From positions 1 through 19,006 of the forward strand of contig BAAFSQ010000191.1 in assembly GCA_054661495.1 (NCBI GenBank): DNA of 19,006 nucleotides, given 5' to 3'. The DNA is from Zygophlyctis sp. KS116 (Eukaryota > Fungi > Chytridiomycota). Each line of letters begins with the position of its first letter. Position 1 is the stretch's first letter. Below are positions 1 through 7,721 of the stretch, piece by piece. The notes below the pieces were generated by a model. The model was given only the letters and a program-made list of their open reading frames with translations. It ran no database searches and was not told the DNA's origin. The position numbers and the translations under genes were made by a program.

Positions 1-1
1 A

Positions 2-382
2 ATCAAATCAGTGGTTCATTTCCCCAAGAACAGTCTACCAGTTAAGACATCACTCAATAAGAACCTCTCAACATTGTTTGTTCCTGAATCTCCCAATTAT
101 CCAAGGGTTGATTTCTTTATTTGGGATTCTACTCGTCAAGTTCTTATGGGGTTTCAAGTAACAGTTCAGAATCCAATTTCTAAACATTCAAAACTGGAAA
201 GCTCTCGAAAGTGGGAACTATTCTGCTATGGTAAAGAAAAACAAACGCCTATGGAATTGTATTGGGTTGCACCGAAATATTGCGTTGGGAAAGAGACAGG
301 TCCAGTTTGTGATGATTCCATCATATTATTTGAAGATTTGGCTAGTGATTTTCCTGCACTGGGTAAGCTACTTCTTGTATAG
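2..382 (+). CDS. 3' end (5'-partial) of a Crinkler/RHS-type protein, C-terminal restriction-endonuclease-like (PD-(D/E)xK) domain
   Basis: The frame is open from the window start to TAG at 380-382. LFVPESPNYPRVDFFIWD...LMGFQVTV...H matches the 'P...N.p..D........fQ.T' REase signature typical of CRN/RHS C-termini. It lies next to another CRN gene. Confidence 0.7.
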   Translation: MKSVVHFPKNSLPVKTSLNKNLSTLFVPESPNYPRVDFFIWDSTRQVLMGFQVTVQNPISKHSKLESSRKWELFCYGKEKQTPMELYWVAPKYCVGKETGPVCDDSIILFEDLASDFPALGKLLLV

Positions 383-1423
383 ATGTTCTCTTCTCGAGAT
401 TGGTTTGACTACTTTATTGTAAATGCTGATTAGTATTTTATCGTGATGTTAATGTATCCTGTCCGCCGTTCTGGATCTAATTATACAAGCTCCAAACTTA
501 ATTCTCAAAGCTGATGCAAAATGTTTTGATAATTCATATTGCAAATTATCTACTCACAAACTCTTTCTATTTGTAAGGATCGATTTGAGCATACGCTTTT
601 GTTTTGGGGCCGGACAAGTTGCTTTCTAAGGATGAAATAAATTCTTCTTTATTTTTAAGATGCATTATTGTGTCTGTCTAAAAATTCAGACAAGACTGGC
701 ATTTGGATTTAAGTCATCCAAAATATATTTGAGCAGAAAAGTGAACGAGTCCGTTGTCATCAAGACTGAAAGACCTGCGCCGCAAATGCCGTCAAGTTTT
801 TTCTCTAAAACAGCAGGTAAGATATCGGTTTCTTAAAACATCAGACTGAAGTTTTAAATCTTGAATTTGATGCTTTCAGCAATGTCTTCAAGCAAACATC
901 TGCCAAATCCAAGAAAGCGACCAATAAGTGAAGTAGATGCCGAATTCCCTTCTTTACCGATGAAATCATTTGAAGCGACCATTAGCATCCCATGAAAATA
1001 TCTCTTAATAATCCACAAAGATTAATGAAGCCGATAGTACTGATAACAACTCTATCCAAAAATCCACAAAAAGAGGGCCGCGTTTCAGTGAAACGGCGAG
1101 CTCGGTGTAAAAAGGTCAATCCGAAAGGCAATTCGGCACTAAATAGTAATCTTAAAATGTTTTAAGAATTTTTGTCATTGGATTCTTATATCTCAATCAA
1201 AGTTTTCCTGGAAGGTACATTTACTAAGTGGATTTTTAGATATTGTAATTGCCTAATAAAAAAAATCAACAGAAACCATGAATTTGAATAGACCAACTCC
1301 AAGACCAGTAAAACATTCTCCTTGGATAAAGCGAGTTTTTGTTCCATCAAAGGGAAGACACTGAAAGCCGTTGAGTTGTTTCACAAGCAGAATAAATGCA
1401 ATTTTTCTATAAAAAAAGTAAAA

Positions 1424-2468
1424 ATGTCATCCAACCAACAACACTCTTCTGTGTCCTCTCCCCCTTCTCCGCTCGTTTGGTTTCTGCTTCTGGACTCTAT
1501 TACTGGTCTGCCATACAAGGGAACTACTGCTGATTATGTCTCTCTTCCTCCATCAGCTGTTATTGCTCAGTTTAGAGATGCTGCCAAGGCAAAGTACTCT
1601 GACAGTCATCTAAAAGGTATTGGACCTTCTAATCTCTTGGTCTTTCAGAACAAAGATGCATTTGATAAGGTAATGAATTTTATTCTCATCACAGAAAGAG
1701 CAGTTGGACCCCACTGAATCTCTCGGACTGCTAGGTAGCAAAGAAGATATGATCATTGTCGCCGTCCCGTCGCTAACCAGTTCTCCAGAACTCCACCAAT
1801 TTGAACAAGAAATCAAGGCATTAGAGAATAGTGAAGAATACAAGACTTTGGCCTACAAGAACCGTGCCTGGGCTGTTCCTAATCCAACAGAACAAGAAAA
1901 GGGGGAGTGGCAACTCTTGAAGGAAAAGCTTGCTGACTTGAAAAAAAAAGAAGATTTCTGCCAAAAGGCTATCCTGTCAGCGAATGCTCATTCAGTAAAG
2001 AAATCTGACAAAACTCGAAAAGGATACAAGAAAGAGACTGCTATCAAGGATGAGAGATTGTTGTTGTCTGATGTTGCAATTACTATGTGGGAACGATTTG
2101 GATTTACCCTTGAACGTAATGAAAAGCCAACCTTTGGAGATTTTAAAAGGGCCGCTGGATTCAAAGATGACGACGATGTGATTGGTTACTTTGCAAAGCG
2201 TAAAAAAGGGCAGGTTAAGGAAGATGATATTAAAGAATCACTCAACGAGGAGGAATGGATTTTGCTTATTAGTTTGAACCAACGTGTCAACCCCCTTTTG
2301 CATAGCAAATTGAATATGAATCGGGATGGGAGTGTTCGTTTGGTGTTGGAACACGATGTGTACGAAGATAAAGCCTGGGTGGCTGAAAATATTGTTCAAA
2401 AGTTGTATGGGCCTGAGAAGAAGGTTGACATCAAAGATGCTTCAACTGATTCGTCAACCTCACCGTAA
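1424..2468 (+). CDS. Crinkler (CRN)-family protein, ~339 aa: N-terminal CRN ubiquitin-like header, coiled coil, uncharacterised C-terminal domain
   Basis: ATG at 1424 (AAAATG). Exons 1424-1669 and 1695-2468 are joined by a 25-nt intron at 1670-1694 (gtaatg...cacag), which fuses ORFs 1322 and 1704 in frame. The header VWFLLLD...YKGTTADYV...IAQFRDAAKAKY...LKGI.PSNLLVFQNK ends in IIVAVP, the equivalent of the CRN HVLVxxP terminus. Confidence 0.8.
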
Positions 2469-2601
2469 GATGAACCAAAATATTGAATGTACCTGAACGA
2501 GAGTCACTCAAGAAAATTGTGGAAAGGATTTATGTGATGCTCTCAAGTTAATAAAGGAATATCACAGATTTATTATATATTCAAATTCACGATACTATTA
2601 G

Positions 2602-2954
2602 AAAGAATCATGCCGTCTTGAGTGGATTGATTGCCATACTGGAACTTTGACAAGTTTGACCACAGGAGATAGTTCCACATCCACCGTTAGTTGTTCACCA
2701 ACTTCCTCTGACTGCTGTTGGGTTATCCGATCCTGGCAAATGATGGGGCAAGAAGTTCCAAGTGACATCTCACCTACAGACAACTGTTGCTGCTCTAAGC
2801 CTATGGACCAAAATTACAAGCATTAAGTGGATAAAAAAAGGATTGTATCAGCACATTCCTTCTGGGATTGGAAATTTGAAAGGTTTAACTCATCTGTAAT
2901 ATTTCTATATTAAAACTTGAAGTGATCTGCAATCATCTATCTGAAAGGTACCGT
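2602..2954 (+). pseudogene. Degenerate fragment of a plant-type LRR / LRRNT ('L-domain') gene
   Basis: The frame at 2701 reads TSSDCCWVIRSWQMMG...CCCSKPM (Cys-rich N-cap). After a frameshift it reads KITSIKW.KKGLYQHIPSGIGNLKGLTHL (an LRR unit). A 27-nt phase-2 intron-like sequence follows at 2896-2922, then DL.. and a stop. There is no intact start, and there are frameshifts and stops. Confidence 0.65.
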
Positions 2955-3015
2955 GTAGCCCTTCAAGTAAAGTAAAATAACCCTTTGGTAAAAGTAGCCC
3001 TTAAGTAAAAGTAAA
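2955..3015 (+). repeat. Short imperfect direct repeats upstream of the ATG at 3015, carrying three TA(A/G)CCCTT motifs
   Basis: gtagcccttcaagtaaagtaaa (2955-2976), ataaccctttggtaaaa (2977-2993), gtagcccttaagtaaaagtaaa (2994-3015). Confidence 0.7.
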
Positions 3016-3656
3016 TGACTGAGCTACTCCTAATCACTAAATTCAACGGTCAGGGAAATTATTTCAAATGTCTCTCTTGTTCTTGCAGAGTATACAAGTC
3101 TGATGATACGTACAAGTGCAAAAATGGTCATTTTAGCTCAAACAAGTCTCGGGAATTCCGTTTTAGTATTTTTGGAATTTCTTTAAAATCTTACAAAGTC
3201 TTTAGGAAAACTGTTTTTGGTAAATCACTCAGTCATATACTGGGAATATATGCATCGCAACTCTTTAGGCAAGTCGATGACAAAAATATTGAATTTATGA
3301 TCAATTTAATTTCAGATTTTTTGGTCGGACAAATTGCTAGTATCAGATTTCAGACAAATGTTGTAACTGTATTTAAACTTGGGTTTGGTTGTAATCTGAT
3401 TGATTTTTTACAAAATCAGGAAATTCAATTTAAATGTACAACTACTCCTCCCAAAGAGTCTCTATTGTTGAGTAAAAAAGAATTAAATTGTCTTGAAAGG
3501 CAATGTGAGTCACAAAAATCATTAATTCACGCATTGGAATTTATATCATGGCAAGAATGGTTTAGAGATCAAGTAGATCAGGAACTAGAAGAGGAATTTT
3601 CTAATCCAATTATAGATGATTTAGTAGATCAAATTTCAGATTTATTTTTAATATAA
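3015..3656 (+). CDS. Zinc-ribbon OB-fold protein (RPA1 C-terminal type), DDIAS/noxin-like
   Basis: Intronless, 213 aa. Y.kC..C...v......ykC..gH......fRfsi..........TVFGKSL..ilG..A.qL matches the Rep_fac-A_C / DDIAS N-terminal pattern (YPSC..C...C..C...YRY.LS.....ITVFG..L...FG.tA). Confidence 0.6.
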   Translation: MTELLLITKFNGQGNYFKCLSCSCRVYKSDDTYKCKNGHFSSNKSREFRFSIFGISLKSYKVFRKTVFGKSLSHILGIYASQLFRQVDDKNIEFMINLISDFLVGQIASIRFQTNVVTVFKLGFGCNLIDFLQNQEIQFKCTTTPPKESLLLSKKELNCLERQCESQKSLIHALEFISWQEWFRDQVDQELEEEFSNPIIDDLVDQISDLFLI

Positions 3657-4330
3657 TTCTTTCAAGACTGTATTAATGTCATCCTTTTCTTGCCAAGATC
3701 TCTTCCATTTTACATTACTAGTATCAACATAGGATCCTAGGACTGGCGCTGCATTAGATTCTAAAAGTCCAACTGATAAAAGTCTTTTAGGTTTCTTGTA
3801 ATATTTAGTGGCAGTTGGAGTCACAAAATGACATTCTTCCTTGAATAATAGTCTTTCGTCTTGTTCATTTTTAATTAATTCAAAGTAAAAAGATTCTCTT
3901 TCATCAATTTGAGAAGAGACTGCATCCAACCAGACACCAATAGCTTCAGTTAAAGGATGTACTGGATATTTTCCAAAGTAATAATCATTGAGTCTATAAA
4001 CTAATATTCCGGCAAAAAGACAAGAAAAGACCCTTGTCAATGTAGGATTGATCAAGGTAGCTGCATATTCATGAGAGTCAGATCCATCAGGGTTAGGGTG
4101 TTGAATTGTAAGAGGAAAGAATTTTGCAGAATAGTCTAAAAGGTAATTTGAAGGTTCTTGGACTTCAGTGGGCCAACTGTCATTTTTAGAAAAAATCAAA
4201 AATTAAATTACTTTAAAGCAACTTGTAGATATTTATCAGGATTTAGACTAGATTCTCCTGTACTTTTTGAGGAACTAGCATATCTTTTAAATCCCTGTAA
4301 ACTTGAGATTCTTAAAGACAAAACTCGCAT
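3648..4330 (-). CDS. Mitochondrial single-TM protein, probable complex I accessory subunit (fungal 17.8 kDa / NDUFB5-like)
   Basis: ATG at 4330. Exon 1 (4330-4212) reads MRVLSLRISSLQGFKRYASSS, a presequence-like start with R-Y-A-S. A 35-nt GT-AG intron at 4211-4177 joins it in frame to ORF 3648-4199. There is one TM segment (VFSCLFAGILVY), followed by NEQDERLLF...APVLGSYVDTSNV, which resembles the fungal 17.8 kDa subunit C-terminus. Confidence 0.55.
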
Positions 4331-4466
4331 TTTTTTGAACGCGCCGACCTAGACAATTGCCCTACTTGTCCAAATTCTTGATCACTCACCACGTTTAGTC
4401 AAAGTAAATCCATTCCCATTTTATTTAAAGGAAATTCTTGTTATTCTACTTGTTACTTGTAGAAAT

Positions 4467-4994
4467 TCAAGACTCCAAAAATTCTAATACTTTAGATACA
4501 GAATCCAGGGGAGAAATCTGAATTTCTTTGAGTACAATCACTCCCTTATCTAAAACCACAACTGATCTCTTGATCCCTTTGGGTGATTTTAAAGCTCCAA
4601 AGAATTTAATCAGCTTGTATTCCGGATCACAAAGAAAATCAAAGGGTAATTCATACTTGGATTTCCAATTTAATTGAGATTTTGGAGAGTCTGCTGATAG
4701 TCCGTACACTGAATATCCCTTTTCCTTAATTTTATCAAAAGAATCTCTAAATCCACAGGCTTGTTTGGTGCATCCTAATATAAACATTAAATAATTACCA
4801 GGAGTATTAGCTTTTGGATACATAAAGATGACTGCAGATTTAATATCTGACAAATTAACTTGTTTTCCGTCTTGGTCCAAAAGAGAGATTTTAGGTAATG
4901 TTTCTGTCTGATCCTTTTTAGGACTCTTCTTTGGAGACGCTGGCTTGGAGTAAACAGTCTCTTTCTCCTTAAGTTTTTGAGTTGCTTTGGGCAT
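4467..4994 (-). CDS. DOT5: Peroxiredoxin, BCP/PrxQ subfamily (Dot5-like), ~167 aa
   Basis: Removing the 24-nt in-frame intron at 4798-4775 (gtaatt...tattag) restores [18 protein letters not shown], the canonical PrxQ active site. GLSADSP and LCDP motifs are present, with a basic N-terminal extension as in Dot5. Confidence 0.92.
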   Translation of the reverse strand: MPKATQKLKEKETVYSKPASPKKSPKKDQTETLPKISLLDQDGKQVNLSDIKSAVIFMYPKANTPGNYLMFILGCTKQACGFRDSFDKIKEKGYSVYGLSADSPKSQLNWKSKYELPFDFLCDPEYKLIKFFGALKSPKGIKRSVVVLDKGVIVLKEIQISPLDSVSKVLEFLES

Positions 4995-5019
4995 TATACT
5001 TGCTGTAACCTATAGCACA

Positions 5020-5498
5020 ATGTTGAGACCGTTTCACTTGGCCTTTCCAGTAAAGGATCTCTCTAGTACAAAATCATTCTATGCAAATGTCATGGGTTGT
5101 CCGATGGGAAGAAGCGATCCAAGTTGGATTGATTTTAATCTGTAATTCTAAAGATTAAACGGTAGATTTGGACATCAAATAGTTGCGCATTTGGTGAGGA
5201 ATGAGGAGTTTTGGAGATTTAGAGAGTCGTTTACAATGGTGGATAAATCAAATGTTCCTGTTCCTCATTTCGGAATTGTTTTGGATTTGAATGATTTTGA
5301 CTCTCTGGCTAAAAGATTAGCCTGTAAAAATGTGAAATTTGAAATTGAACCTCTAGTAAGATTTAAAGGTCAGGCAGGGGAACAATGGACAATGGTGATT
5401 TTTTAAATTAATAATTTTAGTTTTTTAAAGATCCTTCTGGGAATGCACTCGAGTTTAAGGCGTTTAATGATTTGGAGAGTTTGTTCAAGACAGACTAA
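5020..5498 (+). CDS. VOC/glyoxalase-bleomycin resistance-extradiol dioxygenase family protein (bacterial COG3565-like), ~142 aa
   Basis: Exons are 5020-5141, 5166-5394 and 5421-5498, with introns of 24 and 26 nt. The spliced product reads [14 protein letters not shown]...FY..VMGCP.GRS...[15 protein letters not shown]...VPVPHFG...[30 protein letters not shown]. Confidence 0.9.
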
Positions 5499-5537
5499 AA
5501 TTCCAAAAGTTTTTATATTTTTATGCATATTGACAAT

Positions 5538-7703
5538 CTATGAGACCATTCCTAAAGCTTCAGAGACAGCAAGAGGTTTCCAGTCGCCAGAATCCAAAAG
5601 ACAATATAGTACTTCGTGTTCTGTATACAATAATAGGGAATTTCCAGAAACTCCAGACATCTTGTAAAGGGGCTTTCCAGTCTCTGAATGTACTTTTCCA
5701 ACAAGAGGAATAAATTCTATTCCTGCTCTAGAACAGCAAAGATCTATATATTCAAAGAATGTAAGTTTGGTGAGAGGTTTTGTTTCTTGGGATGATTTAT
5801 AATCAAAAGTGGTTGTAGAACTGGGCTTGGGAGGAATGCTGTTGGCCAAAGCATCTGGAGAATTTAGGGCAAGATTCATCAAATCAAGGGCAAATCTGAA
5901 TTGGCTAGTGAGCAAATCAACAAGAGTGGGTGGGAAAAGAGTTTTCCAGGCTAAATACCATTCACAAATGTCTTCAAGGGCTGCTCCGGGAGTTCCAAGC
6001 CATTTCCAGAGAACATTATGCCATTTTGGAAATAGTTCCTCAGCAAACATATCACAAATAACAGAAGGGGTAATAAAGTCAAACCGATACCATTCCAAGG
6101 CAATTTCCAAAGGCTTCAAATCTTGTGAAGCAGGATTTATGAGGAGGGAATTTTTGATCATATTAGTCAATTTTGGTAGAATATTTCGGTTAACCAGCTG
6201 AGCGATTTCAGTATCAGAAAATACCTAAAAAATCAACCAATATAAAAAAATTACATCTTTCCAAGGAGCTAGCACATTCAAACCCCAATCTTCTTCAGGC
6301 TTCCAGTCAAGAAGACAACTTCCAAGCTTTAATCGTGCATGTTCCCAAACTCCAAGAACTTCAAATTTATCCGAGGCAATAGGAAGCCACGGAAAAAGCC
6401 ATGTATATAATTGAGAAGATTCCTTTTTATGATTCCAGTTTTGTATTTCTAATTTCAATCGTGGTACAATTAGTTGATCATAGATATTATGATGCATCCA
6501 TCGAGGAATTAGTTCATTCCAAGATTCCAATAAAAGAATCAATGGCTCAGGGGTACGAGGATCCCAGTGATTTTGAATTGCATATCTAACTCGAGGTAGC
6601 CACAAATTGTACAGCAATGACTCGAAGCATGTCATTAATTTTACTTCTTTTTTCCTATAATATGTAAATGTTTTCATAAGTGAATCAGTAGTGTCCAGCA
6701 ACCGAATCCATTTTTTTAAAACAGCTGATCCTAATGAAGGCACATGGAAAATATCCCAAGAATCTAAAACAGGCTTTATAAATGGAGCCAGAGAGCCAAC
6801 AACTAGAGTATCTAATTGCATCGACTTGACTTGATCAAAATATAAATGTTCTAAATCAGAAAAATCTCCAGAATATTGAGATTCAATATCATCCCATGAT
6901 ATTGAAGATTTACATGACAATAATCCAAACCCTGATTCGATTGAAGTTAGTGTTTTGAAGAGCATATTATGGACATCTAATTTTTTTGATTCATTATCGA
7001 GTCTAGTGATTAATAAATAATAACTTTCTTACTTGTCAACCATTTTTTCAACATCTTGCTCTAGCCTCTTCAATTTTTGTTTCTCTATAACCAGAAACTT
7101 GGCTTCATTTTCCAGCTTTGATTTGTAACTGTCTCCAAGGACTTTCAAATTAAATCTTAACTCGGGTAATTTGGACCTTCTGATTTCTTTCGTGAAGGAA
7201 TCCATTTCTTTGGCTTCTTTTCCAGTCATGTCAATAATTTTGACAGTCTCTTGTTCTTTTATAACTTCTTCGGCAGTCTTGTACACAACTGCTGGTTTTT
7301 TAGAAGACCTTGGAATTTTCTTTTTCGCAAATGGTATAAAATCTTCTTCATCTTCATCTTCTTCCATTTCATCAGCTTCTTTTTCTTTCTTTACTGATTT
7401 TGTTCTTTCGTCAAATCCACCATGGCCCAGACCCATTTTCTGAGGCCGTAACTTTACATCTATGGGCTCAACTATTCCTGATCCATCGACACCCAATCCT
7501 TGACCAGGCTTATAACCCATTTTCATGAGCAACTTTGATCCAATTCCTTTAGTATATTCTTCAAATTTCGCAAACTGCTGCTCCTGCACTTCTACTTTTT
7601 CTACAAATTTTTTCTGTGTCTTCCGAGATCTTCCACCATAGCTAGATTGCACAAATTGAGGCTCAAACGATTCTTCATCACTGGAAAAATCTTCTGAACT
7701 CAT
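5538..7703 (-). CDS. TFIP11: Tuftelin-interacting protein 11 / Ntr1-Spp382 (G-patch plus GCFC domain), spliceosome disassembly factor, ~701 aa
   Basis: G-patch FEEYTKGIGSKLLMKMGYKPGQGLG...GIVEPI; LPELRFNL; Trp-rich GCFC region (LWLPRVR, WDP, WLFPWLP, FPKWHNVLWKWL). Exons are 7703-7033, 7002-6255 and 6224-5538, with two 30-nt GT-AG introns. Confidence 0.93.
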
Positions 7704-7708
7704 TTTTC

Positions 7709-7715
7709 AACCCTT
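7709..7715. promoter_or_regulatory. AACCCTT/AAGGGTT candidate core-promoter element in the 18-bp GPAT-TFIP11 spacer
   Basis: It lies 5 nt upstream of the TFIP11 ATG, and the same word recurs beside other start codons. Confidence 0.5.
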
Positions 7716-7721
7716 CCCAGT

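Noticed and set aside
882-1110. Short ORF MSSSKHLPNPRKRPISEVD... (882-995) followed by a 27-nt GA...AG intron-like stretch (994-1020) and another open segment
   Set aside because: Splicing gives an immediate stop and no family is recognisable. It is at most a decayed gene, and is not evidence for GA-AG introns.
4186-4211. Possible non-canonical 26-nt GT...AA intron in the complex I subunit gene
   Set aside because: A canonical in-frame 35-nt GT-AG intron (4211-4177) explains the junction.
5809-6201. 130-aa plus-strand ORF and other small antisense or overlapping ORFs (228, 1610, 2598, 4158, 5443, 6401, 7171, 7958, 7978, 9218, 11325, 13916, 15258, 15888, 18013)
   Set aside because: These are shadow frames of well-supported genes or of the LRR pseudogene, with no recognisable motifs.
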